From Yuukianura sp. NJ FZ-2021 (taxonomy: Eukaryota): a DNA stretch of 64,000 bases. Of this stretch, positions 12,586 to 24,239 are shown piece by piece. The translations under genes were made by a program, and so were the position numbers. Within the stretch, counting starts at the first letter, position 1; each line of letters begins with the position of its first letter. A model generated the notes under the pieces. It did not search any database and was not told the DNA's origin. It saw only the letters and a program-made list of their open reading frames with translations. The DNA lies in contig CM102287.1 in NCBI GenBank assembly GCA_046563655.1, forward strand, positions 5,952,001 to 6,016,000, given 5' to 3'.

Positions 12586-13177
12586 GTTGAACAAATTTGA
12601 ACAGATTTTCAAATTTTGATTAACTGCTGGAACGAGAAACAAGTTTTTGGGGATCACTCGCTTCGAAAGAAAAAAAGTTCTGAGGAAGTAAACTTGGAAT
12701 TGAATAAATGAAATAAATTTTCCAGAGGAAGCTAAAAAGTACTTCGCAATTAACTTCCTCATGCGGGTGAAAAACCTTGAAGAGACTTTAGAAGAATTCA
12801 TTAAGGTCGAATTGCTGTCAGTTTGGTTTTAAGCTGGAGGAAAACCACAAGTATTATTAATAATAACCAAAACAATTTACAGTTTCTTCGGAACAAATTT
12901 CAAATTTTATTTCGCACTTATACAACAATTTCGCTAATTAAATCAATTTGACAAAATTAAAACTTAAAAACTGATGAAATTTTGAAGCAGATCGAAACAA
13001 AGCCTGAATATGTTTGTCAATTCACTTTGTTTCGATTTTCACCATTACTACTGGTATTTTTTTGTGATCCGCAGATTAGCTTAGGAAAAAACGTCTTTTT
13101 TTTCTTTTTGAAAACGTTTTGTATGAGCCTGTTTTTACTGACAATTAAGGTAGTTTACTTTATGCTTTCAATTGACT

Positions 13178-14896
13178 TTATTTAATTCCCTGTGCTGCAA
13201 CTCTTTCAACCAAGTCGGCGGCTCGTGATTGGCTGTTTGATGACTGGATTCGTTTGGAAATACTGCGCATTCGTCTTTCTAGCATGTCATCTGCTAACAT
13301 TTTCTCGATTGTTGTTAACAGTTCCTCCTCGGTTACCGTGTAGGGGTAACACCGTCTACCATGTCCAGTCTCTTCTATCCGTTGTCCGTTGTCCAGTTGA
13401 TCCCATAGCAAAGGCAGAACCAAAACCCGCTTTCCGAAGTAGAATGACTCTGTGATTGTATTGTTTCCGCCATGCGTGATCACCAAATCCACCAGAGGCA
13501 GCACTTTCGTCTGCGGAACACTGCGTTCTCCCCACATGTTGTCAGCCAATTCAAATTCATCAGCACGCGGACCTAAAATTTCACAAAAAAAGCATCACGA
13601 ATTTGAAAATTTTGAAGATGTCGCTGCGTTTTCTTGCAAATTGTGTCACCTTTCGAGACGATGAATCTGTTTGGTGACTTGGCCAGAATTGAAATAAGTC
13701 TCTTCATTAGATCGACATCTACACATCCGATTGTACCCATTGAAAAATAAATCAGCTTTCCTTTTCCTCCGGCCAATTTCGACGGTATTTCAAAATCTCC
13801 TTCGCCATTTCTAACAAAAGTGTCGAATTGGTACCAGTTAGGTGGATTTGGTCGGAATGACGTGTAGTCCAATTCGAGAGGGTACATGTAGATGTTAGCC
13901 CACGGGGAATATTTGACCCAGAATGGGTACTGGATTGACATCTTCGGACCGCCATTGTTCACAACCCATTCGGTATAATCATCATAGAGATCTTTGTACA
14001 CACGCGCAACTTCGTCTCTAAAGTCCTTCCACAACTGACGGTCGCCATCCGTCGGATATCCCGAAAATGCTGGAGGCACGTTGACATCAGAGATGCCAAG
14101 CGGGTTGCAGGAGCAGGATAGAATATATGGCGTCCCTGTGTTAAGTTATTTCAAGGTTTGTTGACTAATTTTCTTTAGCAGGTTGGGTAATACCTCATGT
14201 TTTTTGATTTTTAAAAAAGTAACCTTACATTTCAGGGCATCTTAGTCATAACAATACAGCCGAATTTTTTAAATTTTACATACGAATTGGTACCATTTTT
14301 TGGAATGGTACTAAAATTGGTACCAATAATTATTGTTTTTGTTGTTTTTTTTGTCAACAAGCTAGGTAGTACGCAACCTGTTAAAGAAAATTCGCTTTTC
14401 GTTGTCAAGGAACCTTGGGTTTTGTTAAAGTTCATTATATTGCTCATGTTCCTTCTTAAATAGTTAAAGATTGGCACTTACCTTGATTCATAAATGATGG
14501 CAGTTGCGCCATATAGTCGATTACCAGGACGTCTGGTTTTACATTTTTCATGATTTCGCGGAATCTCGGCTCTTGGTGCTGTACTTGAACAAAGAACTCC
14601 TTATGCATTTCAAAATGCACTTTTGACTGGTGTTCAATGGACGGGAGCGGAATGGCTTGCATCGTTTTTGCAAGCATTTTAGCCCAGGGGTCGCCATCGG
14701 TTTCCAAGCTATGTTCAGTAACTGTGTACAATTCTTCGATGAATCCTAGGGCTTCGAGCCGACCTTTCCATGTGTTAGGAGTTGCAAAAACAACCTTGTG
14801 ACCTCTATCTCTCAACTGCTCTGCAATGCCAAGACATGCATTGACGTGACCCACTGCGTCAATCACGACAAAAAGAATAGTATACTTGGGAGCCAT
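13178..14896 (-). CDS. Cytosolic GT1 UDP-glycosyltransferase of the bacterial MGT/spider-mite type, 431 aa, 3 exons (14896-14482, 14135-13650, 13572-13178)
   Basis: GHVNA catalytic motif, RGHKVVF, GKLIYFSMGT and UGT signature VPQ...ITHGGNNTITES...PLLWDQ. No signal peptide and no C-terminal TM. Confidence 0.92.
14152..14417. mobile_element. CAAGG-terminated MITE family copy in UGT intron 1
   Basis: Termini caagg...ccttg. Subterminal inverted repeat ttcttta(g/a)caggttg shared with 18957-19184. Confidence 0.65.
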
Positions 14897-15005
14897 TTGA
14901 CCTTGACGATTTTGACCTTTCCTCTGCCTGTGCTCTACTGATGACCGTAGCTATTTAATGAAAATTACATTGATTCTTGCACGATATAAGTAGAGAAACG
15001 TTGAG

Positions 15006-15666
15006 CGTAGCAACCGATAATCGCCGAACCAAAAACCGCCGCTCCAATAACCGCCGCTCAATAATCGCCGAAAAAATAACCGCCGCTAGGCAAAAACCGC
15101 CGCCAGGAAAAATCGCCGCTACAATAACCGCCGCCACCCAAAAACCGCCGCCATTCAGAAACCGCCGCCACACAGAAAGGGTTCAATTCCAATTGGTTCG
15201 AAGGACCAGTTGGTTCAATGCCGATTAGTTTGACACAAAATTGTTTTATTTTCCCGCGGCGAAGGCGCGGTGTTAGGTTTGGTAAAAACCCGCAATGCTG
15301 ACGTCTGTAGGTTCTGTTTGGTTAAAATAGTTGGCGTGTTGCTATTGATGTTGGTGGGTGCAAATGTACCGGTCCGATGGGTACAATTGGTGGGTTCAAT
15401 TCCATCATCGGCACAAAAATTTGGACTGGTGGGTACTGTCTGGTCGCCCAAGATTACTTCGACCGATTTTTCAATGTGTGAATCCTGGCGGCGATTTTTC
15501 ATGGCGGCGGTTTTTGCCTAGCGGCGATTATTGTAGCGGCGGTTCTGCCTAGCGGCGGTTTTCGCCTAGCGGCGGTTTTTGCATGGCGGCGGTTATTTTT
15601 TCGGCGATTATTGAGCGGCGGTTATTGGAGCGGCGGTTTTTGGTTCGGCGGTTATGACATGGAACC
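15006..15666. mobile_element. Foldback/Mutator-like non-autonomous element with arms of (a/t)aaccgccg subrepeats
   Basis: Long inverted arms. 8-bp direct repeat acgttgag at 14998-15005 and 15667-15674 (TSD). Confidence 0.8.
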
Positions 15667-16068
15667 ACGTTGAGATATTAAACTTAAGCGAAAGCAAAGA
15701 GCAAAGAATTTAACACTTGAAATTAATCTATGAAGTACGTCGAAGGGCATCTCAAGCCACGAGGTTGAAGTGGTAGCCAAATTCTTCCACTCTTGTTAAC
15801 TCTAGCTGAAGAAAGTTACATTAAAACTACAATTCTGTACAACTATAGAACTACACTGCAACAATTCTACAAAATATTACAATTTTAAGAAATCGCCGCA
15901 AAAATTCAAAGTATTCAAAATTTTGAACTTTGCGTTGAACATCCCTTGGAATGCAATAGAATTTCGGTTTCTGTTTTAGGTCTTGGTCTTCGCTTTTTAG
16001 TACTAAAGTACATTGATGCTTCTGGAAAATTAAAAGTTCCATATTTTAAAAACTATTTAAAGTAAAAT

Positions 16069-18413
16069 TTACAATTTTAGTCGCTTACTTTTGACTGTTG
16101 GGTATCTCTGTTCTAAATTTCCCCAAGTTTGTTTTCGACAAACAAACACAATGAAGATGGCCAAACTTTGTGTAAAGTTCAGAAGGTCAATGAGGATCCA
16201 GTAGGCAATGGTTGTATCCCAACGAAAATTCCAAGCAATGAATTCTGTCATCCACAGAGACGATGACATCAGCAGAAGACTTGTGTAGATTCGAATTCTA
16301 AAAAGAAAGTTTGTTACAATTAAAAAAATTCACAAAATGTTGCAAATTTCTGCCAATCGTACAATCTCCACTGTAAATTGTTTTTTGAGTTTCCAGTTTT
16401 AAGTTGAGTAGTCAGTTCTTGGTAGAGCGAAATTCTGAAAATTGTGAACAGGAAAATGGATGCATTGAAAATGACGAGAATTCCGATGGGGTAGAACAAA
16501 TAAAAGCCTTCCGATCGTCTCGAAATCAAACAACGCCCAATGCCATATCCTGGACCAAACAAGTAAGGACTGGGTGCCATTCTAATACAAAATACGACCA
16601 TTCTAAAACTTTTTAAAAAACGAAACACTAATGTTATTTCCTCTTTATAGACGAATTTGTAGGTGTACCTGTTGACGCAATCTAAAATTAACCCGATGGA
16701 GACAACTACAACTGGAAACCCCCAAGCAGCAATTGAAAATTTCAGAAACCGCTTGAATCCGTGCCGTTGGATGGACAAAGAAGCGGAACTGATCAACGTT
16801 CTAAAAATTAAAAAACGTTAAAAACTTCAACAAGTTTCTTAAAGCACAAAAGTTGTTTCAAGAAGACAGCGTTAGTATATACCTGAATGTGACCCAAATG
16901 TTGAGATTAAGGAACGTGAGCCAGATAAATGTAGAGAGAATGAAGAGATGCGTTGCCGCACCGATGATAACGCAACTGATATTTCCCTGTACTGTGTCGT
17001 TGGTAGATGGCGACAGTTGACTCAGAATATTTGAAGTGCCGAAAAGCATGTTGAGCAGTAGGATGGAAATGATGTAGGAAGCGACCACCCACATGTGGAA
17101 CTTCTGCTTGTTTCTAAGCAGGAAATATACGAGGAGAGTCACGCCGAGTAGAGCGCATGAGCAGAACATCACAACGCCATATACAATTGGAATTGCTATC
17201 TGGACCTAAAATTTAAAATGTTAACACTTTCAAATCATTTTAGAACTACATTTTATAAACAATGTCTCACAACAGTTCTGGTTGATCGGTCGTTTTCGGA
17301 CGAATTTTGAGATTTCCGAAGTTCATTCGGACAAAATCGGACGACTTGGTCCCACAAGCTACCAGTGTAGAAAACATTCATTCCATAGTTTTGAACACCA
17401 TCAATGCAGAAGTTGGACTCGAGTAAGTTCCATTTGGAATCATTAAAAAACACAACAGAACTGTTTGACAAAAACCGAAATCTGAAAAAATATTACACAT
17501 ATTTTTTAAACTTTCATAATGTTGTTCATACATAGATTTAAAAAATTGAACTTACTGCATGTTTTGAAATCCGAAGCCAGTGAGGTTCCTCAGTGACCAT
17601 GTTACGATCTCCTTTTCAGAACAATTCAGACTGCGAAGTTCGAATTTGAAATTGAAACTGGTTGAATTTGCAACACGGACTGGCGTCTGTCCTGGCATAA
17701 CTAAAAGCTTTCCTGACCGCATGCGCAGTGTTCTTCCAGACGCCATTTGCGTATCCGCTTTATATAAAATCGGAGTCCAAGGGAGATCCGAGAATTGACA
17801 AGAGCCTGATTTACTGAATCCATCAATGACCTTATCCAATTCACAACACTTTGGAACACATACTGTGTCAAGGTCATCCCCACAGGGATGTCCACACAAC
17901 TCAAGTGTAACTCCATCTGAAGTAATTCTGCAAAACATTATTCTTTTCGAGTATTTCATTTAGTTTGAATTTTTTCAACAAAAAAAGCAAAACAAAAATT
18001 TTGAACAATTCCGAAATAACTTGCTTTTGAATACAGTAGTCGGTTACTGCATAATAAGAATTCCGCACGAGCAGATGCCCGTCTTTCAGAAAAAGTCCTG
18101 CGTCTCTCGAATTCCCACTGCTGCGACCCTCCGTCGTCACCAACTCCATTGTTTGCTTGTGTTTGCATTTGAGCGGCTCCACATTCAAACTAAAACAGTT
18201 CAAAATTTTCTAAAAAGAAAAGTTTGCAATTTGGAAAATCAAAATGAGATTTTCATACCCAAAACTAAGGGACCTTGAAGATGCTGATAGAATCGCTGGA
18301 AGCGATACTTTGACGCTCTCAAGATCCGAACAAGTATTGAGACTCACTTGCATTTCTGCATTACAGATTAAAAGACAAACAACGCCAAGTATTTCTCTTA
18401 CGTATTTAAGCAT
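16069..18413 (-). CDS. Methuselah-like GPCR 2 (last exon probably extends toward ~15720)
   Basis: Signal-like N-terminus, DYCIQ, CVPKCC, NFCIDG, and 7TM exons with AWGFP, YGIGRCLI, QSLAIFIVFVCRK. Confidence 0.85.
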
Positions 18414-18726
18414 TTCCGACTGTAAATTTTGTCTCGAAATCAAACTCAAGCTGAAAGTTTATTTTGATTTTTGGAATTTCTTTAACAGTACAAGTTGTAA
18501 TGCTGTGTCTCTTAAGTTCCTACCTGGCTGTATCCGTTCTAGGTTGCATTGTGTGACACATACCTCTACAGCTATCATCACATCCGTTGTGAACCGCAAC
18601 CAAAATCCCGCTAAACTCACTCACCATTTCCGCTCATAGACTTCCCAGTTAAATATTAAATCTGACATGGCTGGGACGGGTTAAACTGTATTACACTGAT
18701 TAATTAATTATATTTAAAACTAGCGC

Positions 18727-21700
18727 CTAAAATTTTGTTGACTTCTGTCCAAGCAGTGGAGTTGCACTTTTTGGAGGTGTGGTCAAGCTCCTGTTTGAAG
18801 ATTCTGCTTTGGTAGACTTGGTTGTGCCGCTGGGACAGTGGGTGAGGGCGTATGGACGTCCAGGGTCATTTTCTGAAAATAAAATTAGGTAATTGAGGTG
18901 TATTTAGTAGTTTTATTCGGTATAACCTATTAGCTACAATCCAATAATGTAAACACCAAGGTTCCTTGGCAACGAAAAGTTAATCTTCTTTAACAGGTTG
19001 GGTACTACCTCGCTTGTTCACAGAAAAACGAAAGACAAAACAAAAATTCGCTACCAATTCGTATGCAAAATTTGAAACATTCGACTGTATTTGCCCTGAC
19101 ATAAAAAAAAACACTTTTTGCAAAATCAAAAGGACATGTGGTATTACCCAACCTGTTAAAGAAAATCAAACTCAACAAGTCTTGGTAAACACTGCCAAAA
19201 TATACTCTTTTAGTGAGTCTAATAATTCGGTATGTAAACCAAATGTAAGTTGAAACTTGTATAACTGCTTATTGAAAATGCATTGTGTTGAGTGTATGGA
19301 TTGATATGTTTGACCATTCTTTGTTTACATAACTACTTATTTCCAAAAATTACCTGAATCTACTGTGAGAACAGTTGCATTTCTGGCACCACAGGCTTTT
19401 GATGAGAAGCATGGGATGAAGCCGGAAAGGTTTAGACAAGTATCTGAAATTAAAAAACAATTGAAATTTAAAATTAATATTTGAAAATAGTAATTTTAAA
19501 CAAGGATTTCTTTTCTCAATTTCACCATCAAGCCATGGAAATTTGGAGCGTAGGGAGTTGAGAATGTCCCTTTTGCAAACAAAGAAGATGAAGATGATGA
19601 TGCCCTGTGAATGATTCATGAGATCAATCACCATCCAGTACCAGGGAACATAGTTACTTCCAACATCTCCTGGACTTGCCAACGCAGGAGCAGCAGAAAT
19701 CACCTTTTCGTGAAATTATACAATTCAAGTTCAAAATTTTCAAAAAAGCAAAAGCAAAACAATGCTTTGTATGAAAATACCTCAAAGACCCATGGGATGC
19801 CCATGACACAGATGAGTTTAGCGATGAGTGTCACCCTGAAATGACCAGAGACAATAAAATTGAGCGGCATGAGCCGCTGACCTCGACTGACCTCATCAGT
19901 TTGTAATCCGGCACAAACTACATACGATTGTCTCCGATTTGGCGAATTCTTCATCCCTGTCGGCGTACTCCTCCTAGCAAGCTTTGTTCCTTCATTTGCT
20001 TCCTTTAGAGCACAAACTGTGCTAACGAAAAAGAAGATGTTGACGAGAAGAAACGCCGTCTGGGGGCCAACAACATAGGGCAGTCGAGCCTGTGGGTTGC
20101 TGATGTAGCACTTTCGTTTAGCATAGTCTGGTACAATCAAAGTACGCTCGTAAGGCATGGCTTCCCTAAACAACAAATAGGCTACGTTAGGTTATGTTAC
20201 GAAATTGAAAGGGTTAACTTTTGCTGAAGTTAGGCCTAAACTAACGAACACTCAAAAATTCGCGCAAGTGCAATATTGCCTATTTTATGAAAATGCTTGC
20301 CCAAAGATGAGATCAAGCGACAATGCAACGGAGACGATAAGCGACGGTAATCCAACTGCAAAAGCAAGGTATTTCAAGTAGTGCTTCACTCCTCTCCCGG
20401 ACGTCAAACTGGATTTCAACGTTCTAAAAATTGTTTGAAAAATTTTCGTTGAACAATATTAAAAAGTTGACATAAGAAACATTTTTACTCCTAAAAAAGG
20501 CAAAATGCTAACCTGAACGTACACCATAGGTCAAAATTTACTGAAAAACAGAAGAAATATTTTCAATCCACAAAGTTTTGTAGGGTAGTTTGGAGATTTT
20601 GTGCGACTTTTACCGATGGTCATCCAAGCGAATGCATGTAAAAGTGCGAAATGTGCGAAAACTGCGAAAAAGGTGCACTTGAAGGATATGCGCATATTGT
20701 TGCCTTCGAATGTACTGACTTCAGACAAGATGAAAACAGATACATAACCCAGTTGCATGAGGAACAGCGCCACGAAGTATGAAAGAAGGCTGAAACCATG
20801 GATCGTATGCTTCTCCCACAGTAGAACGTAGATGATAATGGTCAGGAAGAGGAAAAAGGCGGACACTAGCATCAACGAGTAGTACCACTTAGACAGAGTG
20901 TACTAAACATAAATTATTTAATACAACATTATACACATTTATTATATTAAACATTATATTTGCAACTTTCTTACGTCTGCTCCTGCAGAGACCTCGTCCC
21001 TTGGAAAACAGTTCAGAATGACCGTATCATTTTCAAACCCGGAAAATTGCCCGTCGTGGTCTGCTGTTCCGTCAATACAAAATTTTCCGCGAAGTTTGCG
21101 CCAATACAGATTCATTCCTCGGTACATCACTTCCCCATTCGTTAGAAGTCGAAAACTTCAGAATTTAAAACACATTTTGAAAATACTGAGAAGTTTTAAA
21201 AATTGATTTTTTTTAACTTCCTTACTCAACCTTGAGCGGTCCCTTGTACGTGTAGAGCGCGATACGGTGACACTCTGACATATTCCACTCTCCTACAACT
21301 TCCAACCGAATGTGAACCGGGTAATTTGCATCTCCATGTCCAATCTGAGTGTCCAGGTTGTGGTACACTATTGGCCGCCATGTTGATGTTCCCTTTACGG
21401 CAACACAGTTTTGATGCACAGTTCCGTTCGGCAGGGTCTTGATATCAAGTACTTCGTTGAGTAAACAACATTTTGGAATGCATGCCATCCGCTCTGTACA
21501 CGTCGGTTTGCAAATCCGGATTTTCAGACTCTCTTCATTCGTAGGTGGCCTAACACAAAAAGTTTCGAAAATTGCCTAAATTTTATGAAGATTTTGTCTC
21601 CGAGTATTGCGCTAATCGCTTTCTTTTTCTTTTTCTTTTTTTTTTTTTTAGAGATTTAAGTAACGTAGGCATTAAAAATTTCGAAAACTTATACAAGTTT

Positions 21701-22667
21701 ATCAAAGCAAAAGCTGTAGAAGTTAAGTTTTAAATACGCTTACACCAAAACGCAGAAGTCTTGTGGTGCGTAGTAAGATTCCTGGTACCGAAGGTGCCCA
21801 GTGTTTGTAATGGCGGGAACATCAACATAATCGTAGTCCGAGTCATCTTGACCAATGAGCTCAGGGCCGTCAATTTCGAAGATGACTTCCTCCTCCTCAC
21901 AAAGTGGCAGGTAAGTCTCAAATCTAAAATAGGAAATAATTCAACAAACAAACATCTGCAAATCTACACCATCTTTAGCAAAAAAAATATAACTTATGCC
22001 AAAAATGGTCGCTCAATTTGCAAATTCTTGCAAGTGGAACGTAAAGCTCAAAGTTGGAGAAACAAATCCTGTAATCTTAGAATCTGCTAAACTTTTGCCA
22101 AAACATGTTTCCTTTGCTGTGCGATTAACGTGTGGCATAATTTATGGTAACGTGGTATTTAAAAATAAATTGGCACCACACTTGTTCTAAATTTTCAAAA
22201 ACTTGTATACTCTCTTTCTCGTGTTTGAATTTTTCAATTTGACAGCGAGCCAAGAACTGATCATCAAAATGATATGTGAGATTGAAATTGAGAATTGAAA
22301 TATCAAAACCTAACGATGAAGCGTCAAACAAATTCACTGAATCCCTTCATCCTCTTTTAAGCAAACAGAAACTTTTGGCACACTTTTCAAATTAACTTGG
22401 AAAAAATAAATTGCAAAACAAGCTTCTAACAATAAGTTGTTTGTTCAATCTAAATTGGGCAGAAAATTACCTAAAGTTTTTCAGTGTCGCATTTCTTTCC
22501 AATTGAAACTCTTCTCCACTCTGAATGAGTTTTATGCATTGTCCATTTTCGTAGGTGCTGGGTACCTGGCAACAGGAATTTAGTGTGACGATGTCTGAAA
22601 TTGAAGGAGGGGTGACTAAAACTAGGAAAAGTGGGATCAGGATGCAAAAGTGATTGATGCACTTCAT
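18727..22667 (-). CDS. Methuselah-like GPCR 3 (3' end approximate)
   Basis: Signal peptide then NSCC, CIPKCC, HTIHG, YAKRKCYI, KLICVMGIPWVFE, QGIIIFIFFVCKR. Confidence 0.85.
18957..19184. mobile_element. CAAGG-terminated MITE (P/hAT-type, 8-bp TSD)
   Basis: Perfect TSD gtaaacac at 18949-18956 and 19185-19192. Internal inverted repeat ttctttaacaggttgggta. Confidence 0.8.
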
Positions 22668-22877
22668 CTCTCTGTTTGAATAAAAAATGAAAAATGATAA
22701 ACTGGCTTATACTTTTCCACCTTCGATTGTTTTGACTAAGAATATCAACTGATGCGGGACGAAGACAAACTGAAACTGAGCAGGAACAGATACAAGTGGA
22801 TTCGCCAAAAAAACATTTTTTTTTTTTTGCAAAAGTGGAAAATCTTTGGTAAAGCTCAGATATTATACCAAAAGCGT

Positions 22878-23176
22878 ACACCGTGTATCAAAAACCATTA
22901 CTTTTAAACCATACTCCATTAGTTTTGGCGAAACGGCGTCTTTTCAATGTGGAACACACTGTACATTTTATTTTACATTCCCTGTCCGGGCCAAAGCGTG
23001 TTTTACTTTTACAGCATAAGCTCCTGTTGAGTGCAGACTTTTTTCAAAAATTTGTCGGTTGTTGGTGGTCTTTTAAAAAAAGCCAAAAATATCTTTCGTT
23101 TCCGTCTGATTCTTTCCGCCTGAACTGTGGCGGGAGTTGGCCAGTTTCCCACAGAAATTATGAGACACCAGGGTAA
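22878..23176. mobile_element. Possible degenerate Tc1/mariner-type MITE
   Basis: Ends tacaccgtgtatcaaaa and ttatgagacaccagggta are loosely inverted with TA flanks. Confidence 0.3.
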
Positions 23177-24239
23177 ATATTAGTGGGATCATGCAGATCA
23201 TCCATGCACTTCACACCTTCCGAAAGCACCATCTCCGGATGAAGCGTTTGTCTTGTGCCAACGAAGAAATCCAATGCCACAAATCACTTCCCAACACAAC
23301 AAAACCAAAGTTCGCGTAAACGACAATACATCTGTCAACTCCCGGGTTTTTCCAACATTGTTTTTATAGCAAAATGTTTTTTGGCAAGTTTTAGCCACAT
23401 TTAAATTCAGGAAATAAGAAAAATGTGTTACAGTTTATCGGTGGGACGAATTGACTCCCGACATAAAATCGATACGGAGAGGATGTTACCCGGAATTCAG
23501 AATTTCTATGCCAAGTCCTCCATTCAGCGGATTAACTTTGACGCACATTTGAAACAACTTCTAAATTCTAGCAATAAAATAAAAATATGAAAAATTTTGA
23601 CGCAACTGATGTTTTGACGAGATTTTGACGAAACTCTAATGTTAGAGAAACTCTGGTGATAGAGAAAATCTAATTGCAACGATTGTGTTTTTATATAGTT
23701 TGTCACATCCACGATACAAATTTAATCAAAATTAAATGCAGTAAGAAATTTTGATATAGTACAAAAGAAATTGGTCGTTCGGCCAAAGTGTAAAATATTT
23801 TAAAGGCTTATGCATTGAGGGCGATGGTAGCCTGTTCTATAGTTAATAATAATAACTAAAAATATTCCCTCTAAATAGAACTAATAATAAAAAAACGCAC
23901 TGTAGACTTAATTAAACTGAATTAATTAAAATTAAACTTAATTAGACAAACTCGGCAATTTTAAACTTGTTTATCGTTCAGTTTGCAATGCTGCAACCTT
24001 TTATAAATGAGTTTGGAAAGTAGACTTCAAGTCATTTCCAGGAATTTCAAGCTTAACTCGTTCGTTCAACTTATGGTTTGTACTAACGTGATTTCATTTG
24101 CTATACGATTTCTGTATAAAACGTTGATGTATTCCATACACTGTACTTAAATTAATGTTGTAGTGATGGATACTTGTGTAACCAAGTAAAGTAAGTTGCA
24201 AATATCAGCGGTATGTAATAGCTTCATTCCCCAGTGGAC

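Noticed and set aside
13178..14896. Bacterial contamination as the source of the UGT
   Set aside because: The gene has two canonical introns, a host MITE in intron 1, and contiguous animal neighbours.
14955..15552. Several overlapping ORFs (e.g. RRLLERRFLVRR, KPPP repeats)
   Set aside because: They are translations of the foldback element's ccgccg subrepeats, with no domain signal.
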